From NCBI GenBank assembly GCA_041661305.1, contig JBAZUR010000001.1, positions 99,833 to 163,832 on the forward strand: a stretch of DNA of 64,000 nt, written 5' to 3'. Of this stretch, positions 10,005-19,100 are shown in pieces. Numbering within the stretch: position 1 is the first letter of the stretch; every line of letters starts with the position of its first letter. The notes under the pieces are model-generated. The model saw only the letters and a program-made list of their open reading frames with translations. It was not told the origin of the DNA and did no database searches. This DNA comes from Minisyncoccota bacterium. GTDB lineage: Bacteria; Patescibacteriota; Minisyncoccia; Phycocordibacterales; VMEP01. A program made the translations under genes and the position numbers.

Positions 10005-10427
10005 ATGAGCACGTCACTTGATGTAAAGTTCTTTGCAAAACTCGAGTGTCGTTTAGTGAAACCAGCTTGCTGTGTGGCTGTCGCTACAGTCATCAAGTCA
10101 CAGTATGGTATCCACGACGACGTGGATGTTGTCTTGTGTCGCTTCAGGCGGAGAGAAGTGGCCAAATCATCTTTTCAAGAAGTGTTTGAGGTAATCCGCT
10201 TTTTACCGGAGGATAAAGAGCTAGCTCTCAAATTTTTTCCGCACGGACCACCATTTTTGAATAGTGGTCCAGCATGGAGAGAAACAACCGGATGGCTTGC
10301 CCATGTAGTGAATTCGGACAGACCAATTCGAGAACTTGAATTTGTGCGGATTGAAGAGTATCCCCAAAGGACTCTACCACCGCATTTTAGGGCGAGAGTT
10401 TTCTACAACGCTCCTGCCTTGCGTTGA
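10005..10427 (+). CDS. Hypothetical protein, GC-rich cassette B (140 aa)
   Basis: AGGAGA SD 5 nt upstream; TTGTAA-N16-TAGAAT promoter-like element upstream; no family recognised. Confidence 0.45.
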   Translation: MSTSLDVKFFAKLECRLVKPACCVAVATVIKSQYGIHDDVDVVLCRFRRREVAKSSFQEVFEVIRFLPEDKELALKFFPHGPPFLNSGPAWRETTGWLAHVVNSDRPIRELEFVRIEEYPQRTLPPHFRARVFYNAPALR

Positions 10428-10430
10428 GGC

Positions 10431-10484
10431 CCCAATTTTGTTTGTCGATCTAATCGGCTGACGGAGTTGGGGCTTTTGTTTACA
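10431..10484 (+). terminator. Hairpin GCCCCAA...TTGGGGC followed by TTTTGTTT
   Basis: 7 bp GC-rich stem with long loop and U-run after cassette B. Confidence 0.4.
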
Positions 10485-10547
10485 GTTTTGATATCTTGTG
10501 GTAGCATTTTCCCGGGAATGTTCCCGTAAAACACAAGAAGGATAGTG

Positions 10548-11039
10548 ATGCAAAATCGCACAATAGTAACGGTGTCATCGACGCTGGTTTTCGATCTCGA
10601 GAAGAAGATCGAGGCGTATCTGAAGTCGCACGAGTGGCGTCGCCTGATTCACCCGCAGTTGGGTGATGATTTCCTTGTCACTCTCTGGAGCGAAGGAAAT
10701 GTCCTCGGTGGCCTCGGCAAAGACGGCTTCGTCGAAATCGAGCGCAACAAGATTCCGGGGAAAAAGAACATCACCCGGGCTGTCTCGACCAGGAAGGCGG
10801 TGGAAAACTGTCTGAATGGAACCATTCGCGTTCGCGCTCTCGAAACGCACGAGCTTGTCGAAGTGGTCCAGGGCTGGGCTCTGCTGTCGATTCCCGATGC
10901 GGTGAAGGCGAAGGTCATCAACCACCGCACTGGCGAAGCCAACAACAAGGCGAAGCAGTTGAAGTTGCGTTTCCAGGGCAAGTCCGGCATGGTGCCAGGG
11001 CACGCTTCGATGGAAATCACGGGCCAATCGGCAAGTTGA
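10548..11039 (+). CDS. Hypothetical protein, GC-rich cassette C (about 163 aa)
   Basis: AAGGA SD; GC about 57%; no family recognised. Confidence 0.45.
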   Translation: MQNRTIVTVSSTLVFDLEKKIEAYLKSHEWRRLIHPQLGDDFLVTLWSEGNVLGGLGKDGFVEIERNKIPGKKNITRAVSTRKAVENCLNGTIRVRALETHELVEVVQGWALLSIPDAVKAKVINHRTGEANNKAKQLKLRFQGKSGMVPGHASMEITGQSAS

Positions 11040-11143
11040 TCGGCACCTGTAGACGGCCAATCGGCCTAGTTCAACGGCTTGCGCACAGAAACGTTTTTAG
11101 TTAGTATGTGCCCTGCCGTTCAACCAGAAGAGGAGAAGCACCG

Positions 11144-11338
11144 ATGCATCAACAAGGTTCAGGTTCATCACGCAGTTTTGCAGCCCGACGCGCGAATTAC
11201 TTTGCGGGACAGGGCACGCAAGCACAGCCGATGTCGGGGGGAACAGGGGTCGCCGCAAATGATCCCAAGGCCACTTCCGCCGAAGAAGAAATCGTCGTCG
11301 ACCCGAAAGAGTCGCCGGCAAAGCACCAAAAGCAGTAA
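11144..11338 (+). CDS. Hypothetical small low-complexity protein, GC-rich cassette D (about 64 aa)
   Basis: GAGGAG SD 8 nt upstream of internal ATG; G/S/A/Q-rich, predicted disordered. Confidence 0.35.
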   Translation: MHQQGSGSSRSFAARRANYFAGQGTQAQPMSGGTGVAANDPKATSAEEEIVVDPKESPAKHQKQ

Positions 11339-11437
11339 GTCGGCCACGGCCGATTAACAGGTCCGCAAATCGTCAATCGACGGGGAGCGGGCCTTTTTCA
11401 TTTGGCGAGCTGAACTGATATAATCATTTTTACGAGA

Positions 11438-12508
11438 ATGAAAAATTCAAACGAAAATAAAGCAATGGAAAATGTTGCGTTCTATCGCAAATATCGTCCG
11501 CAGAAATTCGCGGACGTTTTAGGACAAGAGCACGTTGTTTCTGTTATTGAGAATTCGCTTTCGTCTGAAAGCATAGTTCATGCATATCTTTTTGCCGGTT
11601 CTCGCGGAACGGGCAAAACTTCAATCGCGCGCATTCTTGCTCGCGAACTCGGCACGTCGGACAATGACCTATACGAAATAGATGCCGCATCAAACCGTGG
11701 AATCGATGATGTCCGCGCATTGAAAGAATCGGTGCAGTCTCTACCTTTCGATTCAAAGTACAAAGTTTATATTATCGACGAGGTTCATATGCTCACCAAA
11801 GAAGCTTTTAACGCGCTTTTGAAAACTCTTGAAGAACCTCCAAAATATGTAATCTTCATTTTAGCGACGACTGAAATTGAAAAATTACCAGAGACGGTTG
11901 TGTCGCGTTGTCAGGTTTTCCAATTTAAAAAACCATCTCTTGAAACGTTGCGCGGGGTGATAGAAAAAATTGTTAAATCTGAAGGATACAAAATAGAGAA
12001 ATCAGCGGGGGAGCTTATCGCTCTTTTGGGCGAAGGTTCGTTCCGTGACACGCAGGGGATTTTGCAAAAAGTGATCGGACTTTCAAAAGGGAAGGAAATT
12101 ACTCGCACGGAGGTAGAGAACATCACCGGTGCGCCAGCGACAGAACTCGTGCGTGATTTTATTTTGGCGATTGCAACGCACGATTTGGAACGCGGGCTTT
12201 CTGCGGTGGGGAATACAGGAAAAGAGAATCGCGACATGAAGGTATATGCCAAACTCGTCTTGCGACAATTGCGCGCAGGGCTACTTTTGAAATATGCACC
12301 AGCGGGAGCAGAAAGTTTACTTTCAGATTTTGACGAGGACGAAAAGAAGTTTTTGAACACTCTCATTAAAGAAAATGGCAAGAATATCACCTCGGCGGTT
12401 TTAATAGAACTTCTCACCGCATACCAGCTTCTCGACTATTCTTACATCCCAGAACTTCCTTTAGAACTTGCTCTGATTAAGATTGTCGGGCAAAATGACC
12501 GAAGTTAG
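11438..12508 (+). CDS. dnaX: DNA polymerase III subunit gamma/tau (short form)
   Basis: AAA+ clamp-loader motifs GSRGTGKTS, DEVHML, SRC; 356 aa. Confidence 0.9.
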   Translation: MKNSNENKAMENVAFYRKYRPQKFADVLGQEHVVSVIENSLSSESIVHAYLFAGSRGTGKTSIARILARELGTSDNDLYEIDAASNRGIDDVRALKESVQSLPFDSKYKVYIIDEVHMLTKEAFNALLKTLEEPPKYVIFILATTEIEKLPETVVSRCQVFQFKKPSLETLRGVIEKIVKSEGYKIEKSAGELIALLGEGSFRDTQGILQKVIGLSKGKEITRTEVENITGAPATELVRDFILAIATHDLERGLSAVGNTGKENRDMKVYAKLVLRQLRAGLLLKYAPAGAESLLSDFDEDEKKFLNTLIKENGKNITSAVLIELLTAYQLLDYSYIPELPLELALIKIVGQNDRS

Positions 12509-12566
12509 TTAAGGGCTTTAGGCTTTGCTAATAAGCTAATCCCTAAAAGCTAACAGCTGTATTTAT

Positions 12567-12637
12567 TGGGGGATCGTCTAACGGTAGGACATGAGCCTTT
12601 GAAGCTCAGTATCTAGGTTCGATTCCTAGTCCCCCAG
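12567..12637 (+). tRNA. tRNA-Gln (anticodon UUG)
   Basis: Manual fold: 7 bp acceptor TGGGGGA/TCCCCCA, D-arm GTCT/GGAC, anticodon stem TGAGC/GCTCA with loop CTTTGAA, T-arm CTAGG-TTCGATT-CCTAG, discriminator G; no encoded CCA. Confidence 0.85.
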
Positions 12638-12639
12638 TT

Positions 12640-13398
12640 ATGAATGATTTTATAAAATCATCTGTTGATTGGTTTAAAGAGAAAACTAATAGTTCCCTGT
12701 ATTTTACTTATTTTGTTTTTGTTGTTGTTTGGAATTGGAAAACATTTTTCACTTTATTTTTTGAGGACGCCTCTCTTTTTGAGGCGCCTAGAGTTGAGTA
12801 TGTGTTAACCAATTTCGGGGTACACTTTTATGCTACTGAGGAGATTATTCTTTATCGGGTTTTAGAATTTTTTACAAACATCATATGGCATGCAGGAGTA
12901 CCAATATTACTTACTTTTTGGGCGGTAAAATATTTACCTAGATTTAATGCATGGGCACATGAAATTGAAGTGGAAAATTACTATAAAAGGAAGCGCGTTT
13001 ATGACGCCAAGAAGATTACGTATGAAGAAGAAAAGACTTTCTTTTTAAAAACAGAAGCGGAAGAAAAAATAAAACAGAAGACTGCAAAGGATTCCATTCA
13101 GAAATCTCAGACTCAAGAAGAAAAATGGGAGTCTGAATTTTTGAGAATTGACGAGGAAGATGTTCGTGCGATTCAGGTTGGGGTTAGTACTATTTATGGA
13201 AAATCAGGACACTTTACGACTGATCCATTAAAAATGGCAGCAATTTCACAATATGGTAAGTACATCTCGCACGATTTGTATGCACGCCTTGATTCTATGA
13301 ATCTCATAAAAAAGGATAATAACAACTCAAGTAAAATAGAATTCACCGAAAAGGGAAAGTATTTTGTTCGTAAATTACAAGAACAAAAGAGGGTTTAA
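12640..13398 (+). CDS. Hypothetical protein (N-terminal hydrophobic segment), first gene of tRNA-Gln-adjacent island
   Basis: ATG 3 nt after tRNA 3' end; 252 aa; no family recognised. Confidence 0.5.
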   Translation: MNDFIKSSVDWFKEKTNSSLYFTYFVFVVVWNWKTFFTLFFEDASLFEAPRVEYVLTNFGVHFYATEEIILYRVLEFFTNIIWHAGVPILLTFWAVKYLPRFNAWAHEIEVENYYKRKRVYDAKKITYEEEKTFFLKTEAEEKIKQKTAKDSIQKSQTQEEKWESEFLRIDEEDVRAIQVGVSTIYGKSGHFTTDPLKMAAISQYGKYISHDLYARLDSMNLIKKDNNNSSKIEFTEKGKYFVRKLQEQKRV

Positions 13399-13502
13399 AG
13401 GGTAATTTTTGGTTCGTCGTTTAAGTTTGAGATAATTTTCGACTTTGAAGGGTGGGGATAGTGTTTCGCATTCTGTTATATGGCAATTTGGAATAATACA
13501 CA

Positions 13503-13748
13503 ATGGAATATTATGATGTGTATATGCCAAGAGCAATTTATACAAAAGACCATAACGAAATTGTTGAACGCTTGAAAAAGGCGCGACTTAAGGCTGGTTT
13601 TGGGCAGGTTGAGGTTGCAGAAAAACTTGGTAAAACTCAGTCTTATGTTTCTAAGATAGAATCGGGACAAAGACGTTTTGATGTTTTGCAGTTGAAAGAA
13701 TTTGCAAAAATATACAAGAAAAAAATCGATTATTTTATTTCTGACTAA
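13503..13748 (+). CDS. XRE-family HTH controller (C) protein of the R-M module
   Basis: 81 aa with HTH AGFGQVEVAEKLGKTQSYVSKIESGQR; ends 3 nt before the putative restriction endonuclease gene. Confidence 0.7.
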   Translation: MEYYDVYMPRAIYTKDHNEIVERLKKARLKAGFGQVEVAEKLGKTQSYVSKIESGQRRFDVLQLKEFAKIYKKKIDYFISD

Positions 13749-13750
13749 AT

Positions 13751-14785
13751 ATGAAACTAGAACCAAAAAATGTAGTGGAGAGTTTACATAAAATTATGTG
13801 CTCTTCTACGAGCACCCAAGCTGACGCGAGAGTTGATAATAATGATTACTTTAAGAGACGCGTGCTTGGTTTTAAGGCAGAAATTGAATTTGAGAAACTT
13901 ATTGAAAACTATCAAAACATCCAATTTCTTGAGGGAGGACAACTTATATCAAAAGCTCTTTCTGGATCAGCTAGTGATTCAAATAAATTTATATACACTA
14001 CACTTTCTTATGATAAACCAGAGAAATACTTAGAAGTATATAAAGCTGTTTCAAATTGGTCAGATGTTGGCGAAATGTTTTATTTGGAAACAAATGACAA
14101 GTGGACTTATGGTGAACTTCAAGTTAAAGATACATCTACATCTCCAAAAAGAGCAGAAAAGATACTCAAACCTAGTTGTATTTTTTGGATCTATAATAAA
14201 AGTAAGGCAATTTTCGAAAAGCATATTGAGCAAGATTACGGCTGTGTTCTTAGCGGTTTTGAAAATTCAGGTAGAGAACCTTCCGTCTTTCCTTTGAGGA
14301 AACGTGAACAGTTTGATTATTTTTTGGAATATAACATCGATATACTTAAAAAAATATATGCTACAAGATATTTCCTCGATGTAGTATTAAGGAAAGCAAG
14401 TAAAAGAAAAATTATAGATTTTGATGGATTCCTAAAATACAAGCAAGGGCTATCACTCATCGAGATAAAAGAAAAAACACCAATTGTTGGTGAACGGGAT
14501 CCAGCCGATCAAATGCAGTGGAAATATGGCTGGGACTCGAGAAGAATTTTATGGTATCTATATTTTTCGAGTAAGATTAATATGCCAATTATTTATAATG
14601 TTCGACATATTAACAACAGGACTGAAAGAAAATTTATTCAGTGGGATTCTATAACCATTGATACTTTTCTTTCTGGATCTGATTGGTCAAAAGGTAGAGG
14701 AGGCGGAGGTGGGGAGGATACTATGCTTGCCCCATATCTTTTCTTTGAAAGAGTAGAAAAAACACTTGAAAAACTTAATCGGTAA
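13751..14785 (+). CDS. Putative Type II restriction endonuclease (PD-(D/E)XK-like)
   Basis: Position between C protein and convergent MTase; candidate catalytic motif FD...IEIKEK (D-X12-E-X-K); 344 aa. Confidence 0.5.
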   Translation: MKLEPKNVVESLHKIMCSSTSTQADARVDNNDYFKRRVLGFKAEIEFEKLIENYQNIQFLEGGQLISKALSGSASDSNKFIYTTLSYDKPEKYLEVYKAVSNWSDVGEMFYLETNDKWTYGELQVKDTSTSPKRAEKILKPSCIFWIYNKSKAIFEKHIEQDYGCVLSGFENSGREPSVFPLRKREQFDYFLEYNIDILKKIYATRYFLDVVLRKASKRKIIDFDGFLKYKQGLSLIEIKEKTPIVGERDPADQMQWKYGWDSRRILWYLYFSSKINMPIIYNVRHINNRTERKFIQWDSITIDTFLSGSDWSKGRGGGGGEDTMLAPYLFFERVEKTLEKLNR

Positions 14786-16433
14786 ATGCTAAGTTTTTAT
14801 TTTTAGCTAACACTTTACTGACACTAGCTCTTTTTATTTTCTCAATATCTATTCTACCTAATTTATTAGAAGATTTCTCCTCCAATTGATTCAGAGATTT
14901 TAAGACTTCTTTTGCTAATGCTGTAATTACAGGCACAGCAACACTATTCCCAAATTGTTTATATGCTTGCGCATCGCTGACCGGTATCTTGAATGAATCA
15001 GGAAACCCTTGTAATCGTGCAGCCTCTCTAGGAGTGAGTTTTCGAGGATTTTTACTTTTTTGCTCAATGAGAATTTCTGAACCATCTTTATAATATCGTG
15101 CAGATATAGTACTTGTGTATTCTGAATTTTCATTAAACATAGAATATCCGAAACCGTTTCCTTTTTCCCTATGTTCTTTTTTTCTCCTTTGGTGCCCCGC
15201 CCACAACTTGTCGGATATCGTATATTTAGGATCAACCTTTTTTTCAAGAATATTTCCAAGGCGAGTTTTTATGCCCGAAGGTTCAGGAAAAGAAAAATTA
15301 GTTTTTCCTAAAAATCCTATTATATATATACGTTCTCTGTTTTGGGGAACACCAAAGTCTTTTGCATTGAGAACTTTTGAATAGACTTCGTAACCAAGTT
15401 GCTCAAGGATATTATTTATTGTTTCAAAAGTTCTTCCATTATCATGACTCTTAAATCGTTTAACATTTTCTAGAAAAACTACTCTAGGTCTGTGGTATTC
15501 AAGAATTTTAGCGATATCAAAAAATAACGTACCTCTTGTATCTGCAAGACCAAGTTTTTTCCCAGCTTGAGAAAATGGCTGACAAGGGAAGCCAGCAAGT
15601 AATATGTCAAAAGGTGAGATTTCTTCTGGTTTAAACTTGGTAATATCTCCAAACGGAATTTCGGCAAAATTTGCACGATAAGTTTTTTGCGCTGGTTCAT
15701 CCCACTCCGAACTGAAAACTGATTTCGCCCCTATACTTTCAAAGCCTGTTCTTATACCACCTATTCCTGCAAATAGATCTATGACTCTAAGTAATTTTTG
15801 TTGAGAATAATTTTGTTCTTTTTCCGTTTTTTCATTAATGTTTCTTACTATTTGGACAACTACACCTCGGACCTCAACTTCTTTTCTATAAAAAGGGAGC
15901 ATATTTTGATTTCTCGGCTCAAGGCGGAATCCTTTTTTTTCACGATAAAGTTTTTTTAACGTGGCTTGGTTTTCATCAATTATGGCTACAACAGTTTGGC
16001 CATCTTCTGCTACGTCTTGCTTTCTTATGACCACGATGTCTCCCTCAAAAATTCCATCATCCATCATACTGTTTCCAATGACACGGAGAGCATAGTAATC
16101 TTTGGAATTCTTAATATTGGGGTTTACTATCGATATAGTGTCCTGCCTATCTTCTATGGCTTCAATTGGCTGACCGGCGGCAATGGTTCCTAAAATAGGA
16201 ATTTCAAAAATATATTTTATATCTTTTTTGGGTGAAATATTTCTAGATAAATTTTCAGATTTTGAGAGGTAGCCTTTTTCTTTTAAATAGTGAATATGTT
16301 CATGTATTGTGGATATCGCTTTAAGCTTTAGCTTTTTCCTTATTTCTTCAAGGGTTGGCGATATGCCATTTTCAGCGATGTATGTATTTATAAAATCGAA
16401 GACCTGTTTTTGTTTTTTTGTTAGGTTTGCCAT
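14775..16433 (-). CDS. Fusion protein: full-length LexA repressor (HTH + S24 peptidase) joined to a C5-cytosine DNA methyltransferase
   Basis: N-terminus aligns to LexA throughout (LTKKQKQVFDFI; GTIAAGQP Ala-Gly site; GNSM Ser; TLKKL Lys). C-terminus has m5C MTase motifs I FAGIGG, IV GFPCQPFS, VI ENV, VIII QNRERIYIIG, X GNSVAVPV. Single 552 aa ORF. Confidence 0.85.
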   Translation of the reverse strand: MANLTKKQKQVFDFINTYIAENGISPTLEEIRKKLKLKAISTIHEHIHYLKEKGYLSKSENLSRNISPKKDIKYIFEIPILGTIAAGQPIEAIEDRQDTISIVNPNIKNSKDYYALRVIGNSMMDDGIFEGDIVVIRKQDVAEDGQTVVAIIDENQATLKKLYREKKGFRLEPRNQNMLPFYRKEVEVRGVVVQIVRNINEKTEKEQNYSQQKLLRVIDLFAGIGGIRTGFESIGAKSVFSSEWDEPAQKTYRANFAEIPFGDITKFKPEEISPFDILLAGFPCQPFSQAGKKLGLADTRGTLFFDIAKILEYHRPRVVFLENVKRFKSHDNGRTFETINNILEQLGYEVYSKVLNAKDFGVPQNRERIYIIGFLGKTNFSFPEPSGIKTRLGNILEKKVDPKYTISDKLWAGHQRRKKEHREKGNGFGYSMFNENSEYTSTISARYYKDGSEILIEQKSKNPRKLTPREAARLQGFPDSFKIPVSDAQAYKQFGNSVAVPVITALAKEVLKSLNQLEEKSSNKLGRIDIEKIKRASVSKVLAKNKNLAFTD

Positions 16434-16514
16434 ATTGCTAAAAAAATTTATTTGCGATACAGTTTATATTATAACCGAAAATAAACCGAAACATAAGGGC
16501 GACTTATCCACAAG

Positions 16515-17414
16515 ATGAAAAAAGGGAGAAATGAAAAATGTCCATGCGGAAGTGGTTTGAAATATAAGAAATGTCATATGAACAAATCCCGAGAGATTGG
16601 AGTATTACGCAAAGCATACGACATGGGTAAAGACCATGATTTTTATACTCGTTTTTTATTTGGTCTTGGCAACATCAGAAGTTGTGCATACGGAAGAGAT
16701 AAGCAACTTGAGTATGATAAAAGTTTTAGTCCGGTTTTCCAAAATCTAGTTGAAATGAATATTGTAAAAAAGAAATGCGTCGCACTTATTTCTCAACATC
16801 GTGAGGCGGTTGAAACAGGCAAAGATGGGAAATACCATGGTAACCAAATTGACGTAAACGAACCTATTGAGGATGAACTAAATATTTTCTTTAAGGACTT
16901 TTTCATTCGTGGTGAAATGGCAATAGGAAGTCTTATTGCACACTCGCGATACGTGGGATCAAATATCGGGTTTCTTTTTACGGACGACGAAAAGAAATTT
17001 CGCAAGGGATTGGCAAAATTTGTGTTAAACGAGAACGATGAGCGTTTTAAGGGGTTAAATGCGTTCATGAAGCATAATCGAACAACATGGTACGAATCTT
17101 TCAATGACCTTCGCAATAAAATTGAACACGAAGGGTGGCATTTGCCGAATTTGCAGTACACACTTGATTCAAATAATAAAGTGCAGGTTCGGTTACCGAC
17201 ATCCCCCAGTCAAACTATTGAAGAAATTTTGGAGTCATATTGGCAAAGCATGAGTATGTTTTGTGAGGAAGTCATCGTTTTTCTTTTGAGCCTTAAGTTG
17301 AAAGAAGACATGATTATTGTATTTATTCCAGAAGAAAAACGAGATAAAAATTTACCTGTTCGATATATTGTCAGTCATAAAGATTTTCCTGGTGTTTTGT
17401 TGCAGTGCGGGTAA
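16515..17414 (+). CDS. SEC-C motif (CPCGSG..KCH zinc-binding) domain protein, function unknown
   Basis: N-terminal CPCGSGLKYKKCH; 299 aa. Confidence 0.5.
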   Translation: MKKGRNEKCPCGSGLKYKKCHMNKSREIGVLRKAYDMGKDHDFYTRFLFGLGNIRSCAYGRDKQLEYDKSFSPVFQNLVEMNIVKKKCVALISQHREAVETGKDGKYHGNQIDVNEPIEDELNIFFKDFFIRGEMAIGSLIAHSRYVGSNIGFLFTDDEKKFRKGLAKFVLNENDERFKGLNAFMKHNRTTWYESFNDLRNKIEHEGWHLPNLQYTLDSNNKVQVRLPTSPSQTIEEILESYWQSMSMFCEEVIVFLLSLKLKEDMIIVFIPEEKRDKNLPVRYIVSHKDFPGVLLQCG

Positions 17415-17425
17415 AGGGAGCATCC

Positions 17426-17462
17426 CCGCCGTCTCCTATTTTTTCCCACGGCGGGGATATTG
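17426..17462 (+). terminator. Hairpin ATCCCCGCCGT...ACGGCGGGGAT after the SEC-C gene
   Basis: 11 bp perfect stem. Confidence 0.5.
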
Positions 17463-17494
17463 CGCGCGAACGAGGGGTGAGATGAATGGCATTT

Positions 17495-17551
17495 TCAAAA
17501 TGATATAATACGAAAATGGAAAAAGTACCTTATACAAACTTAACCGTATTT
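17495..17551 (+). repeat. Direct repeat copy 1 (about 57 bp): extended -10 TGATATAAT plus truncated 16-codon ORF MEKVPYTNLTVFVLEH
   Basis: About 86% identical to 19656-19712. Confidence 0.8.
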
Positions 17552-17600
17552 GTTCTTGAGCACTAACCATTAGATGAGCTCTTAGAATATATTACTTAAC

Positions 17601-19100
17601 ATGTCTTTCAAGTTATCAAAAACCAATTTTCTAATATGTCTTGATTGTGCAAAAAACGCATGGCTTAAGATTCATAAACCAGACATATACAAGAAAAAAT
17701 CTCCTTCTTCTTTTGAGTTAAACATCATTGATACTGGTAATCAAATTGACGAGCTTGCTCGTGATCTTTTCCCAAACGGAACACTTGTTGATTCTCGTGA
17801 GGATACGGAACTTACAAAAAAACTCATGGCCGATAAAATACCTGTAATTTATCAGCCAGTATTTGCTACAGAAAAATTTATTATCGCCTCCGATATTTTT
17901 GTTTGGAATGCGGATACAAATCTATATGATCTGTATGAAGTAAAATCTTCAACTTCTTCAGAAGAAGAGGGTGGAAGAAAAACTGAAGATTATTTGATTG
18001 ATATGGCTTTTCAAAAAAATATTCTAAATGACTTAGGTATTCAGATTGGCACTCTTAATTTAATTCGACTCAACAAAACATATGTTCGAATGGGAAATAT
18101 TGAGTTAAAAGAACTATTTTTTATTGAAAATTTTACTGATCAAGTAAACGAAAAACTTGAGGATATAAAACAAAAAATGGATGGTGCTTACGAGCTACTA
18201 TCTAAAGAAAAAGAACCGCAAGGGCACTGTGATTGTATTTTGAAAGGGAAAAATTCGCACTGCACGACTTCGTGGTATTCAAACTCTGATCTTCCCGAGT
18301 ACTCTGTTCATTCAATCGCTCGAATTCACAAGAAAAAACTAATTGAATTAGTTGATAGTAATATATTTAGTATTCATGATGTTCCAGACGGTTTTGAGTT
18401 GTCAGATAATCAACGAAGACAGGTAAATACCGCACAGTCGGGTAGGGAGTATATTGATAAGAATGGAATCTCAGAGTTTTTGGAGACTATGAAATATCCT
18501 CTTGCTTTTCTTGATTACGAAACATATCCTTCTGCAATCCCAAAATATAATGGATACAGACCATATCAACAAATTCCATTCCAATTTTCACTTCATGTTA
18601 TTGACTCGCCAACCAGTGAATCTGTTCACTATGATTTTATTTATACAGATCAAGAGTGCCCAGATACATACTTTTCTGAAGCATTAAAAAAGCATCTTCC
18701 AAAAATAGGAAGTATTGTTGTGTGGAGCCAAAGATTTGAAAAAGGTATCAATGAACAAATTGGTGAACGTTTGCCTGACTATAAAAATTTTATGCAGGAA
18801 GTGAATAATCGTGTAGTTGACCTGATGATTCCTTTCTTTGGCAAGACAACAATGTATGACCACCCAAAATTCAAAGGTAGTGCTTCAATAAAATATGTTT
18901 TGCCTGCTCTTGTTCCCACTCTGTCTTATAAAGATATGCACATTCAAGAAGGAGGTACGGCAGCCGACACATGGAATCGTATTGTGTCTGGAGAATATTC
19001 TGAAAATGACAAAAATATGAAAATACAAGCACTCAAGGATTATTGTCATCTCGATACTTTGGCGATGGTTGAAATTTGGAGAGTCTTAAAATCAGTTTAG
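17601..19100 (+). CDS. PD-(D/E)XK (Cas4/RecB-like) nuclease domain fused to a DUF2779 RNase H-like domain
   Basis: N-terminus CLDC and D..LYEVK motif; C-terminus LAFLDYETY...PYQQIPFQFSLH typical of DUF2779; 499 aa. Confidence 0.55.
   Translation: MSFKLSKTNFLICLDCAKNAWLKIHKPDIYKKKSPSSFELNIIDTGNQIDELARDLFPNGTLVDSREDTELTKKLMADKIPVIYQPVFATEKFIIASDIFVWNADTNLYDLYEVKSSTSSEEEGGRKTEDYLIDMAFQKNILNDLGIQIGTLNLIRLNKTYVRMGNIELKELFFIENFTDQVNEKLEDIKQKMDGAYELLSKEKEPQGHCDCILKGKNSHCTTSWYSNSDLPEYSVHSIARIHKKKLIELVDSNIFSIHDVPDGFELSDNQRRQVNTAQSGREYIDKNGISEFLETMKYPLAFLDYETYPSAIPKYNGYRPYQQIPFQFSLHVIDSPTSESVHYDFIYTDQECPDTYFSEALKKHLPKIGSIVVWSQRFEKGINEQIGERLPDYKNFMQEVNNRVVDLMIPFFGKTTMYDHPKFKGSASIKYVLPALVPTLSYKDMHIQEGGTAADTWNRIVSGEYSENDKNMKIQALKDYCHLDTLAMVEIWRVLKSV

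Noticed and set aside
11108-11143. Upstream ATG at 11108 as start of cassette D
   Set aside because: The internal ATG at 11144 is preceded by a GAGGAG SD at correct spacing; the upstream start has none.
16434-16514. Searched for a LexA (SOS) box upstream of the LexA-MTase gene
   Set aside because: Only a half-site-like CTGTAT was seen (AACTGTATCGCAAATAAAT); no CTGT-N8-ACAG or CGAACRNRYGTTYC palindrome, so no operator is claimed.
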